DNA of 64,000 nucleotides from Amoebidium appalachense (taxonomy: Eukaryota > Protista > Ichthyosporea): positions 10,442,161-10,506,160 of the forward strand of contig CAVNZM010000001.1 of the NCBI GenBank assembly GCA_963693365.1, given 5' to 3'. Below, piece after piece: positions 51,712 to 64,000 of the stretch. The translations under genes and the position numbers were made by a program. The notes beneath the pieces were generated by a model. It was given only the letters and a program-made list of their open reading frames with translations, did not search any database and was not told the DNA's origin. Every line of letters starts with the position of its first letter. The stretch's first letter is position 1.

Positions 51712-53838
51712 GGGGGGTGTTGTAGTACGTAGTATCTACATAATTTAGGTAAGATCTTTTCAGTTTATGTTATGTTTCAGTTCATGTGCTTAGTATATAT
51801 GTCACACTCCTATTACGAAAAATGTCTCATCGATCTCCAATGTGTCTGTACACACGTAATCGTGATAGATCGGTTATAATTGTGTACTTTATCACTGGTT
51901 AGTGTGTTGATATGTGTGTACACGTTTCCATCCACTCAGGGAGAAACGTGTACATGTTTATGTGTACGTGAATATCTTCTGTTGCAATTGTGTTTTCGTG
52001 TTCGTGTTTTCTGTCCTGTCTTCTTCTCTCTTCCTCCTTCTTCTTCTTTCTTTTCTCTTTCTTTTCTCCCTTGTTTTCTTTCACATGATTATGTTTCTTT
52101 TTCACTAATATACGTTGAGTGGCTTTGTATTACTCCTTATGTTTTGATTGGTCAGAAAACACTTAGGCTATACTTTAGCTTGTCATGTGTGAATCATAGC
52201 TTAGTCCGTCAACCACTTTAGTTTAGTGTGTTGCCGTGCTGTGGCCAATCAGTAGACTTAGTCAGAAAGTGTCTGAGTCTTTGTAGCCAGTGATAGGTTA
52301 GGAACATCACCTCTTTCCTCGTTACTTTTCACCTCAATACTTTCTAGTAGCTGTGACCTATGGTGTTCGTTCCTGTGTCGCCGGATCTATCCGGGAAATA
52401 ATCAGTTAATTGTGATTGGTTATTTTAGACATAGATCTGATTTCCGACTGGTCGGGAATCATGTATGGATTTGACTTAAGGGAATTTCGAGTATACATAC
52501 GAGATCGAAATAAATTTAGTTGAGTCGTGTCTAAACATTGATGTCTGTTGTGTACACTGCTCCGATCGTTCCTTTTGTTGTTGTGTGTCTGTGGTGTTTT
52601 CACACTGCACCACTGTCACGGTGTCTCTGCTTCTGTCCCAAATACTTCTACAATTTAACAGGTTATGCAGCCCTTTTGCACGCTCCCTACACACATCTAG
52701 ACCTAGCGATCGTTTTCAATCATGGATCCAAACAAAACTGGTGTGAACAAAATAACCATGTGGAAAGGTGAAGGGAAGACTGGTCCCGATAGTAAAACTA
52801 CCTATTTTCAATGGGAAATCATCTTTCAGTCGGAATGATGACCGGCACCAAAGGTGTCCGACTCGTGGACGTTGTTCTTGCTGACAACTACGTCACCCCT
52901 ACCACCGTCGCGGTCGACGATGCACTCCCCTTCTACGGCTACGGTACTGCCGTGGAACTCAAGGACGCCCGCAACTGCCTCCTGCTCCATATGATTCAGA
53001 ACATAGACCCTTCCGTGCTCACCACCGTTGCCCAGTACCGCATTGGCATGGACCCTGAACGGGCCATGTGGAAATTCCGTCAACAATACCTCCAAGGCAA
53101 ACCCGATCAGATCCGCATCGTTCACCGTCAGTGGGATGATGCCTGTGCCCTACAGTCCGGTGAATCCTTCACCACCTACCTGAGCCGTCTACAGACCATC
53201 GTGAACCAGCTTCAGTCCCTCCAAGATGAGTCCATTCACTTGAAGTTCACTCGTCTGGCCGAGAAGTTCTTCAATGAACTCACCACCCGTGACGACCTCA
53301 CCCCTGAGTTCAACCGCCTCATCGAAGACTACCACTTCGGTGATAAGACATTCCCCGACTTTGAGTCCCTGCACAACCACATCAAGGGCATCGAGTTACG
53401 TCAAGACCTCAAGATGCAACTCCGGAACAACCGTGAACACCGTCCCTCCAAGTCCAGCATGTCATTGAATGCCAGTGCTCCCCCCCGTGATATTTCCCGC
53501 CGTGACTTACGCCACCATCTTGACCGTATCTCCGGCACGGACCTCCGAACTCGTCTCTCCCGTCAGCACACCCGTTCCCGTTCCCCCCACCGGCCTGCCT
53601 TCCGGTCCACGTCCCGTTCCCCCAGTCGTCCCGTTTCTCGGGTTCCCGTCGTTCTGATTCCCCGGCTCGTTCTAGCCTCCCGTCCCCCAATGAATGCTCC
53701 TACTGCCACGAGCCTGACCACAAGATCATCGATTGCCCCGAACCGAAATGCCGTATTTCCAGACACAACCGTTCCCGTCAAGGCCGTGAGAAATCCGTCT
53801 CCTTTGCCTTCTCTGCATACAATGCTAGCTCCGTCCCC

Positions 53839-55341
53839 GTGTCTTCCGACCCTGCCTGGGATTCCGGGTGCAACATGACTGTCTGCCCCACCCGTGAGTT
53901 CTTCCACGACCTCACTCCCCTCCCGGCAATGACTCCCGTTGCTGCCTTCAACGGGACCCCCGTCTTGGCCACCCACACCGGCCATATCGTCATCGTCACC
54001 ACCACCACCCATGGCACTGCCACCCTTATCATTGAGGCCTACTACACCCCGTCCGGCCAAGCCTTCCTCATCTCAACATCCCAAGCTGCTGCCGAATACA
54101 TCAAGGGTGACTTGAACGATGCCTCCACTCCGTCATTCCTCTTCGACCGACTTACAGGCCGTCACCTCATCAACCTCCGTCTACACAACGGTCTGTTTTA
54201 CTTCACGAACTACACGATTCAACCACGCACTGGTCCTGTGGCTCTGGCTGCCACTACCAGTGTTAACCCGTCCATCTGGCACCATCGTCTGGGGCACCGT
54301 GCCATGACCAGCATCAAGGAGATGGTGAAACACGACCTTGTCATCGGCCTCGCCCCGTCTGTCCTCGACTGTGATGTTCCTGATTGTCATGGCTGCATCA
54401 TGGGTAAAACCACCAAGGCTCCGTTCAAGGGTGACCGTCCTCACTCCACCATCCCTGGCCATGAATGGCATTGGGATTTTTTTGAGCCTACCACGACATC
54501 GTACGGAGGCTCCAAGGTTGCTCTCGTCACCGTCTGCCGTGCCTCTGGACTCGTCAAGATCTACCCGATGGCCGATCGTACCACCACCCTGGACATTATC
54601 ACAGCTCACACCAACCTTGTAGCTACCCATGCCCCCTCCAAAGTTGGTGTCTACCACTTCGACTTCGGCTCTGAGTTCACCTCCCAGGCTACCCGTGCTT
54701 TTTGCACCTCCCAGGGCATCAAGGCCAGGTATGCCCCGGTGGACTGCCCTCAACTGAACGGCTATGTTGAACGTCGTATGCGGTTCCTCCCAGAAGTTGT
54801 TCGTTGCCTACTCCACCAAGTCCGAGATCAGTCTCTGTCCCCCAAACTGTGGGCTGAGGCCCTCCAACATGCTGCCTACATTGTCAACGTCACCCCGTCC
54901 ACGGCTGCCGACGGTCGTACTCCGTTCGAGGTTTTCTACGGTGTCAAGCCCGACACCTCCGAACTCAAAGTGTTTGGTTGCCCTGCCTACACTCATGTTC
55001 CAGCTTCCAAACGGAACAAGCTGGCCCCCACGGTCAAACTCGGCATGTACATTGGGATTGATCTTCAATCACACTGTCATCGGATCATCAACACCACCAC
55101 CCATGATCGTGTCAACCTCTTCCGTGATGTGATTTTTGACGAATCAGCTTATCTCCCGTCCGAGCTCCCGTCCGCACTGCCGACCCCCGACACCTCCGAC
55201 ACCTCGGCCACACCACCCCCCACCGTTGAAAATGATGATGACGTTTGCCTGGTGGACTCCAACTCCCTTCCTGCTGTTGTCGTTCCCCCAACACCCCCCC
55301 CCCACCGACCCCCCTGCTCATGTGCCCGTTCAACCTGCTGA
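53839..55341 (+). CDS. copia protease + integrase segment
   Basis: DSG, HHCC, D..DFGSEF..PQLNGYVER and LKVFGC motifs. Confidence 0.92.
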   Translation: MSSDPAWDSGCNMTVCPTREFFHDLTPLPAMTPVAAFNGTPVLATHTGHIVIVTTTTHGTATLIIEAYYTPSGQAFLISTSQAAAEYIKGDLNDASTPSFLFDRLTGRHLINLRLHNGLFYFTNYTIQPRTGPVALAATTSVNPSIWHHRLGHRAMTSIKEMVKHDLVIGLAPSVLDCDVPDCHGCIMGKTTKAPFKGDRPHSTIPGHEWHWDFFEPTTTSYGGSKVALVTVCRASGLVKIYPMADRTTTLDIITAHTNLVATHAPSKVGVYHFDFGSEFTSQATRAFCTSQGIKARYAPVDCPQLNGYVERRMRFLPEVVRCLLHQVRDQSLSPKLWAEALQHAAYIVNVTPSTAADGRTPFEVFYGVKPDTSELKVFGCPAYTHVPASKRNKLAPTVKLGMYIGIDLQSHCHRIINTTTHDRVNLFRDVIFDESAYLPSELPSALPTPDTSDTSATPPPTVENDDDVCLVDSNSLPAVVVPPTPPPHRPPCSCARSTC

Positions 55342-55452
55342 CATGCATCAAGCCCCTGGCAACGTCACCCCCATCCGACCCGGCTCCCCCGACAATTTCC
55401 ACTCGGCCCCGTCAAGCCCAGAGGTTCACCCCCCTGCTATTCCGAACTTCCA

Positions 55453-55504
<52 letters not shown>

Positions 55505-55619
55505 TCTCCTCCCAGGCCTGTTCCTCCACCCCGTCGTTCTGCCCGTTTGAAAGGCAAGGTTGGCCTTCAAGCCACCTCTACCCTGCCTGTCACGGTTCCC
55601 CCCGGCCCTGCCATCAACA

Positions 55620-57204
55620 TCGACCAGCTACCCAAACTTGTCAGTCAACTGTGCTCCGGCCCCAATGGTGACCAGGTCAAGTCAGCACTTACTGCTGAGT
55701 ATCAAGCCTTCGTGGACAAAGACATCTTTGAACTCGTTGACCCTCCCCCTGGTGCTAACATCGTCGGCTTCAAGTGGATTGTCTCTGAGAAAACTCTCAA
55801 CTCGGCAGGTGAAACCAAGATCAAGGCCCGTGGTGTTGCTCAAGGCTTCAGTCAGCAATACGGTGTTGACTATGAGTTGATTGAGAGCCCTGTCGTCCGT
55901 CCGGCTGCTCTCCGTGCCATCCTTGCCCCTGCCGTTCGTTGTTGAGGGTCATGACATCCATCAACTCGACGTGTCTACGGCCTTTCTCAACAGCCCACTC
56001 ACCGAGACCATCTACATGAAACAGCCCCCAGGACTCATCACCATGGCCACCCTTGGCAAGGTCTGGAGACTCAAGAAAGCTCTATACGGCCTCAACTTGA
56101 AGCAAGCCTCCAAGGCCTGGTACGACTTTCTCGACGGCATCCTTCTTGCCCATGGTCTGACCCGTACTACTAGTAAGACTGACCCGTGCATCTACCTCCG
56201 GTTCTTCCCCAACAACGATGTGGTCCGGGCTGGTAACTACGTCGATGACTCCACTAGCACCAACTCCCGGGGGTCTACTGCTGCCAGTGACCTGGCTGCC
56301 AGTGCCCACATCAGCAAGATGGCCAGCTGTCGTATGAGCCCTTTCGACCGTATGCTCGGTGTTGACTTTAATCACTCCGACCCCCACCACCTACACATGC
56401 ACCAGAGGTCTTACATCATGGATATCATCCACGACTTCAACCTCACCGATGCCAAGTCCAAGTCTACCCCCATCCCTGCAGGCACCACCGTCTCCCTGGC
56501 TGACTGCCCCCCCAACCGTTCACCGTGCCCTACCGTGAGTTACTCGGCCGTCTTCTCTGGGTGGCACGGTGCACACGTCCCGACATTGCCTATGCCATCG
56601 GCTTCCTTGGTCGGTTCAGCAGCAACCCCGGCAAGACTCACTGGGACCTTCTCCGTCGTTGGCCAGGTACCTTCTCGGCACCATTGACCTTGGCATCGAC
56701 TGCAAGTACTCGGCCATCAAGCCTCCCATACTCGAGTGCTACACGGATGCTGACTTTGCTGGTTGTGCTGACAGCAAGAAGTCTACCACCGGCTACATCA
56801 TCGAGTTTGCTGGTATGCCCATCATCTGGTACTCCAAGCTCCAGCCCATCACGGCCACCGGCACCACCGAAGCTGAGCTGATTGCCCTCAATGCCGGCAC
56901 CCAGGAAGTTGCTTGGGTCCGTGACCTCTTCAAGGAACTCGGCTGCCCCATGCTTGTTCCGACTCCGGTGTATTGTGACAACCAGTCGACCATTCCCATC
57001 GTCAACTCCACCGGCATCAAGCACCGTACCAACCACATTGCCGTCCGGTACCATAACACCAAAGACTATAATGCCAGTGGGGATGTTGTCGACCATTACG
57101 TCGAGTCAGCTCACAACTTGGCCGACATCCTCACCAAGCCCCTCCCTGACCCGAGTCACGTCACCCATCGTGCCCGACTTTGTGTGGCGGACATTGTCGA
57201 TTGA
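55620..57204 (+). pseudogene. copia RT-RNase H spread over several frames
   Basis: Motifs are split across ORFs 55136, 55881, 56525 and 56569. Confidence 0.92.
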
Positions 57205-57543
57205 ACTCTTCCTTCACGTGTGACCGGTCTTTTACTACGGCTGGGGTCCTGGACAGCAGATGCATCTACACTGCCTCCCGGCTGGAATGATTACTACTTC
57301 GTCTACCACCATCATTATTTCATATGTATATTGCCTTTGTGGGTATGCCCACCTAGGGTTTTTATATATGGTTTGACCTGTACCGCGATTCTACTCTATC
57401 CGAAAGTTTGACTGGTTTAAAACCCAGTTAGTAACCTCCCGACCACCGTTGTTGTAGGTCTTCGTTGTTTTTGCCCCCCCTTCCCCCCCCCCCCCCCCCC
57501 TGAGGCTCCCCCCCCCCCCCCCCCCCTCCCCCCCCCCCCCCCC

Positions 57544-57586
<43 letters not shown>

Positions 57587-59580
57587 GGGAAAGCACACAC
57601 TTTAATTTTTTTTTTTCTTTTTTTTTTTTCGTTTCTGTTCTCAAGTCAAGAGATTTCACTAGTTCAGTGGGGATATGATAACACAAACTTCAAAGTCGTA
57701 ATTGTGTTATAACAAGTTTGATGTGTGTTAACATTGTCGTGTCAAAGTTGAATTCCAGCAATAAATTACCATACCTGTCCTTGTGCTCATGTGCTGGTGC
57801 TCACCCATTAAATTTACCGAGTGTACAGAAGTGGCAATACAGAGTTTGCCCGTGTTTCGAAACGTGGCACGTGGGTGGACAAAAAGCACTAAGTGACGGT
57901 GAATGCGTATCATATGAGTCGATTCATGGCTGGCGTCGAGGTTTTACGTTTGTTCGGGTCATAAAGCCATGTATGTCAATAACGGATATAAACAGACTGG
58001 TGGTGGAGGAGTCGTGCGCTCTGTGGTAAGATCGTATGGCATACAGTTTCAAATTTCGAATGATGGTTCTGGCTGCAAGTTGCAACACGTGGGAACGGTT
58101 CCTTCAGACCAACCCATTGCCGTGAAAGCAAACATGTTATTGTAGTCCCGTGACTTCTTATTGAAAGCAGGCCTAGAAAATGCGCACAGTTGTGTCAGCT
58201 TCATAAGTTAAGGCAGCTTTTGCAACACCAATTTGCCGTTGCCACACAAATCCCTCTTTGAAATTTTGGTAACCTATATCCTCAACGTTAGCAGCTGGAG
58301 GAGGATTGTTGGGCACTTGAGGAGCACGGGGGGGGGGGGGGGGGGTTGCAGCAGTTGCAGCTGACTGCTTGAGGTTTCTATTATAACGAGGTTCCATTTG
58401 ACCATGGCACACGAGCTAGATCACTAGAAAAGCAGATGCTCTAAAAAAGAGGACAAAGACAGTCAATGCATATATTTATTGACTAACCGTTAGAAAAGAT
58501 GGGATATGCCCCCCCCCCCCCCCCCCCCCCCCCCTGCATATCCCATCTACTAGTCTAAGATCATCTGACCGAAAAATGCACGTACGTGTATATAGGAAAC
58601 CTCACGCTGGTGCTTATTTCTCCCATGCAAAAGATAGATATCTTGCATATCCCGTGCAATCGATGCCTTGAATGCCTTGGCATCTGCAACATCCACCTAT
58701 CTCAATAATAATAATGTGTCTATCCGTGCATAGCTCGTGCGCACATTGGGCCCGACAAAATAGGCTAACTGTCGGATTATCAAGGATATCTGCAACACAC
58801 ATCTATCTTCCATGTTGGATGTCTACATACTACTTCACACGGTCAGACTATCCAAGTGCTCCTAATACATCTCATCCATATTGATTGTTGATGTGTACTT
58901 GGCGACAAGTATACCTGCACAACACCTCGTCAACACAAGTCCCCCCCCCCCCCCCCGTCAACACAACCCCCCCCCCCCCTCTCCCGACCCACCGTAAAAA
59001 ATAGGAAAAAATACAACCAAACGGAAACAGACACAAACATCGTAAATCCTACCCCATATAACACTCATTCAACCACACCACAAACGAATCAGACACCACT
59101 CCCGCCCATACCCACCCACATAGCACTCCCCAAACCCCCTCCCGACACCTTTATTACCACACCACCACATCCCCCCCCCCTCCCCCCCCCCAACCTCCAC
59201 ACACACATCCACTACCACCACACCATCCCCCCCCCCCCCCCCCCCCCCCCTCCCCCTCACACCCACACAAAAGTTCCAACACCACAACCCTTCATTTGCC
59301 TCGTCTATTGATTCCCCCCCGTGTCTGGTCCTGCTCTCTCACTCCCCAACCCAGACTACCCGCACCCACGTGTACACAAGAATAACTACACTACACTGCT
59401 AGCTAACCTTTGTGGACCCCCTCCCCCCTCCCCCCCCCCCCCCCCCAGCGATGTCTTCCAAACCCAACCGCCACAACTTTTGTCGAGGTCATGTCCACCC
59501 CCCCCCCCTCCCCCCAGACACCATTCTGCCCTCAATCTGTCTACTAAATTGCTACCCCCTCCCCCCCTCCTCCCCCCTTC

Positions 59581-59613
<33 letters not shown>

Positions 59614-60640
59614 ACACACACACACCCACCCGTCCCCCTTTTCCTACCATCCCACCCCACCCGCACTTCATCAGTGTGGAAAAAAACCACTCAACATGCA
59701 CAAATACATCAGCACCCATCATGAAGCCACCTACTGTCTGTTTTCAGTTCACTACACCATACCAACCAAAACGCTTCCACTCCCATCAACCCACCCACAC
59801 TCATATACCCCGGCAACCACAAACTCATACCCACACCCACCAGCCCTACCTACCCATCCCCATTCACGTCCCCCCCCCCCCCCCCCCCCCCCCCAAACTC
59901 ACCTCCATCCCCATCTACGCGTGTAAAGTTCTGTTTAAGTGTGGAGTGAATCCATAAATGACTTATGGAAATTCAGAGAGAGTGGGTTCTAAGACAGAAC
60001 TAAACAGGTGGGACAGACACGGGTTCAATTAGTTTAATACAGTGTGAGGGAAAACATGTGTGCCACACCGTACACAACATGGCCCGCGGTACTGGTGGTG
60101 TGGCCTTATATACCACCCAGACCGTCCCGTCACCTGGTCGCCGTGTCCGCCAATAGAAATTGGGCTGTAGCCGGACAACCAATAGGAATACACCACGTAT
60201 TTGCCAATGGTATTGTAAAGCCACGTCCAGCCAATACACCTGCCCCGGTTTTATGTATAGCCAAATAAGGAGTTCACAACAAAGACAATCCTCATTAATT
60301 ACGAGCGAAGTAACGCAAGACCAAAACTATGCATGCAGGTCATGCAAGGCAATAAATCTTGTAGTAAACCGAGAGCACAAAGGTATGCTATCGCAACAAG
60401 CAGGAATGCACGATCTGGGAACAAGCGTACGTGCGCATCTACACGATCAGAGGGAGAGAGGGAGAAAGGGAGAGAGTGGGAGAGAGAGGGGGGGAGAGAG
60501 AGAACCAATCTACGTGCATGGGTGTGTGTGTGTGTGTGTGTGTGTGTCGAGAGGCAAGAGAGAGGACTCAATCTGAAAATTCAGCACACAAGTTTATTTA
60601 TGAAATCAGGCAACACCTTGCGAGTTTACACGCGGCCACC

Positions 60641-60680
<40 letters not shown>

Positions 60681-60743
60681 ACACATCCCTCCCCCCTTTC
60701 CACCCTCCTCACTGCTCCCCCTTCCCCTCCGCTCCCCACCATC

Positions 60744-60784
<41 letters not shown>

Positions 60785-60898
60785 CCCTCACCCTCCCCCC
60801 AACAAAAAAACAAACAAAAAACAAACAAACAAAAAAACACACACCAAACACACACAAACACACACACCCGAACCCCTTTACACACAGACACAGACACA

Positions 60899-61275
60899 TC
60901 TATGAAAACTACTCCGGGACGTGTGTTGCCTCTAGGGGGACATCCCCTTGGACGAAAGTGAACCTGCAATGGTTGTAAACCACGGCAAGCCCCCAGTCAT
61001 CAATTTATTGATCTGTGAGGTCCTTGTGCCCAAAAAACGGGGGAAGTCTTCGCCCCATGAAAAAACAGCACGTATGTGTGGATCAATGGGGGTTGAGTGT
61101 GGGTGTAGGTGGGTGGGTGAAAAGAAAATATAGCTGTAAGGGCTGTAGGTGCTCAACACAGAAGATGTGTTTGTAGCTTGCTGATCTGCTAAAAACTGTC
61201 GTGCTTATATACCTAAGCCTACCGATCCGAGCCAATCAAAAAATATTTATGTCAATAAATTCCACAAATAAAACC
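60899..61275 (-). mobile_element. Solo A-C-B unit of the YR element with an internal deletion in A
   Basis: Both element ends are intact (GGTTTTATTTG ... TTTTCATAGA) and there are no ORFs. Confidence 0.93.
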
Positions 61276-61303
61276 AAGACGCACCCGTGGGTGCCATGCG
61301 CAC

Positions 61304-61405
61304 GTGGCTGTAAGTTCTCTGCACGAGGAAGGTCAGGGCCACCAGGCTGTCGTCTTCGATCACAACATCCTCCGGGCTGACCCCCAAATAGCTCAAGATG
61401 TTCGT
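61304..61405 (-). CDS. Possible 102-nt host exon (TNILSYLGVSPEDVVIEDDSLVALTFLVQRTYSH)
   Basis: TTTTTTTCAG acceptor, GTGCGC donor, open frame and protein-like composition; no family recognised. Confidence 0.3.
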
Positions 61406-61822
61406 CTGAAAAAAAAGGGTGAGATAACATTAATTCTTATAAATTGTTAAACTGGGTTTTGCCAGGGCAGGGCGTTTTTAGTTGTATCTGAGTAGGCTCC
61501 GGGGAATTTTGCACCTTTTGTCGGCAGCGTATTTTCATACTATACTGAATGCCCACTCTGAACGTGTTCACTTTTAATGGTAATTGCTACATACGCTTTT
61601 GGGCGCAATACAACCTATGATTGAAAGGCAACGTCGGCAATGTGCCTCTATACAGCCGCTGATGGCAAGGTGGTTCAACGGTGCTGCATATTAAAGAAGG
61701 GAATCCAGCCGTTAATGTATAAATTGAAATTAGCATGGTGCCGCATTTAAATATGATATCAGTCTAGATCACATAGTTTGGTTCTGAACATCGAAGAGCC
61801 CCCCCCCCCTCCCCCCTCCCCC

Positions 61823-63528
61823 TGTTGGAAGTAGAGTCCGCTGTGACTAGGGTCGTCGTGGCGCGCTTGGGCGCTGACCCGTTTTTTACTGCTTTCAGTG
61901 TGTTAACTCCATGACTGAACTCCATGACTTAACTCCATGACTTAACTCCATGTCTGCACCTGGCAGAGACGTGGCTTATATACCCGTGGGGCAGCAGTCT
62001 GGAATGTAATCCGGATGCCAGGCGCTAATCGGATTGGTTACTTTCATTTAGAGATCTCTGGGACCAGTGAACCAATCGTTTGCAGTCAAAACACAATTGG
62101 CAACATTCCTCAACTATGCAGATGTGCATGTGGTGATCGAGTGTCAGCGTGTGTCTGTGTACACGGAACCAATTGTAAAGCTAACATACACATATTGTGG
62201 AGTGAGCGTAAGTCTGCACTCCAACACCCCTACCCAATTGGAGAAGTGTACACACCACTAGAGAAGAGAGAGTGAGTGTGGCTGCTTGCAGGGTAGACCG
62301 GGGTGTGCATTCCACTGTGGTGCGTGCCCCGCCAATGAAGTGGAATACTTGACGTTGATGTCGCAGGCTGCTGCGGATGGAGTTTGTGGAAGCGAAAGTC
62401 TCTAATGAAGTTAGAGGCCGCGGTGTCGTGTCTGGGCCCATAACCCTGTTGGAAGTAGAGTCCGCTGTGACTAGGGTCGTCGTGGCGCGCTTGGGCGCTG
62501 ACCCGTTTTTTACTGCTTTCAGTGTGTTAACTCCATGACTGAACTCCATGACTGAACTCCATGACTGAACTCCATGACTGAACTCCATGACTTAACTCCA
62601 TGACTTAACTCCATGACTGAACTCCATGTCTGCACCTGGCAGAGACGTGGCTTATATACCCGTGGGGCAGCAGTCTGGAATGTAATCCGGATGCCAGGCG
62701 CTAATCGGATTGGTTACTTTCATTTAGAGATCTCTGGGACCAGTGAACCAATCGTTTGCAGTCAAAACACAATTGGCAACATTCCTCAACTATGCAGATG
62801 TGCATGTGGTGATCGAGTGTCAGCGTGTGTCTGTGTACACGGAACCAATTGTAAAGCTAACATACACATATTGTGGAGTGAGCGTAAGTCTGCACTCCAA
62901 CACCCCTACCCAATTGGAGAAGTGTACACACCACTGTAGAGAAGAGAGAGTGAGTGTGGCTGCTTGCAGGGTAGACCGGGGTGTGCATTCCACTGTGGTG
63001 CGTGCCCCGCCAATGAAGTGGAATACTTGACGTTGATGTCGCAGGCTGCTGCGGATGGAGTTTGTGGAAGCGAAAGTCTCTAATGAAGTTAGAGGCCGCG
63101 GTGTCGTGTCTGGGCCCATAACCCTGTTGGAAGTAGAGTCCGCTGTGACTAGGGTCGTCGTGGCGCGCTTGGGCGCTGACCCGTTTTTTACTGCTTTCAG
63201 TGTGTTAACTCCATGACTGAACTCCATGACTTAACTCCATGACTTAACTCCATGTCTGCACCTGGCAGAGACGTGGCTTATATACCCGTGGGGCAGCAGT
63301 CTGGAATGTAATCCGGATGCCAGGCGCTAATCGGATTGGTTACTTTCATTTAGAGATCTCTGGGACCAGTGAACCAATCGTTTGCAGTCAAAACACAATT
63401 GGCAACATTCCTCAACTATGCAGATGTGCATGTGGTGATCGAGTGTCAGCGTGTGTCTGTGTACACGGAACCAATTGTAAAGCTAACATACACATATTGT
63501 GGAGTGAGCGTAAGTCTGCACTCCAACA
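61823..63528 (-). mobile_element. Tandem TRIM: three LTRs (61823-62226, 62447-62902, 63125-63528) and two ~220-bp internal regions
   Basis: LTRs TGTTGGA...TCCAACA; PBS GGTTATGGGCCCAG; PPT GGGTAGGGG; CCCCC on both flanks. Confidence 0.9.
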
Positions 63529-63608
63529 CCCCCCCCCCCCCCCCCCCCTCCCCCCGCCCCCCCTCCCCCCTCCCCACACACACATGACTGCCCCCCCCCC
63601 CCCCTCCC

Positions 63609-63646
<38 letters not shown>

Positions 63647-64000
63647 CGCCCCGCCCCGTTGTCCCCCTACACACACATGCACACATGCAAACACAACGTG
63701 CACTTTCAGAGACTGCAGAATTTTCTCGGTGATGTTGGCATATTATCACCAGACACTATGCCTACATCCCCCATCCCCCCCCCCCCCCCCCCCCCCCCCC
63801 CTCCCCCCCCCCCCTCCCCCCTTCCCCCCGGTCCCTCCTGTCCTTCCAGTCACCGTGTGTATTGAAATACTCCCCCCCCTCCCCCCTCCCCTCCCCCCCC
63901 CCATACCTCTCCCCTATCCCCTCATTGGAGGCGAAACCCCCACCCCCTCTACAGGCGAAACCCCCCCTGGCTTTCCCACCATATACGCAGCCTCCCCCTC

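Larger units (their letters stand above)
51718..57675 (+). mobile_element. Ty1/copia retrotransposon, near full length and frameshifted; putative 5' LTR 51718-52660, no matching 3' LTR
   Basis: AACA|GGTTATGCAGCCC PBS at 52661; gag 52811; knuckle CSYCHEPDHKIIDC near 53695; protease WDSGC; integrase WHHRLGH..CHGC; RT YVDD; RNase H YTDADFA; PPT-like TTCAGTGGGGA near 57664. Confidence 0.9.

Noticed and set aside
58173-58412. Protein-like minus-strand ORF (MEPRYN...EGFVWQRQIG)
   Set aside because: Short, with no recognisable motif and no convincing link to other exons.
62525-62630. CRISPR-like array
   Set aside because: 13-bp head-to-tail units with no spacers, inside an LTR.

Overview
Repeat-rich eukaryotic nuclear DNA with CA/GT microsatellites and long poly-C/G runs. 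The host cannot be named from sequence alone; the mtDNA uses TGA=Trp and has fungal-type cox1 intron sites, which fits a fungus or unicellular holozoan. The first 30.8 kb is a four-level nest that can be rebuilt from its junctions. (1) A degenerate minus-strand LINE (RT 29101-30600, C-terminus 283-924) was split by (2) a solo terminal unit of a tyrosine-recombinase (YR) element (925-1319 + 28585-28749). That unit was split by (3) a ~12-kb NUMT of cox1 with 15 exons, 13 group I introns, 1 group II intron and LAGLIDADG/GIY-YIG ORFs. The NUMT then received (4) four copies of an Ngaro/DIRS-like split-direct-repeat element (A1-gag-YR-B1-A2-C-B2) that keeps a zinc-finger gag and a YR but has lost RT/RNase H. 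Two inverted copies have swapped flanks, so 6392-12896 is inverted. The rest of the window holds two truncated minus-strand copia halves, a near full-length plus-strand copia, an orphan phase-1 exon with two TAG stops, a C2H2 zinc-finger ORF, a second solo YR terminal unit and a three-LTR tandem TRIM. All analysis was by eye; no searches were run.
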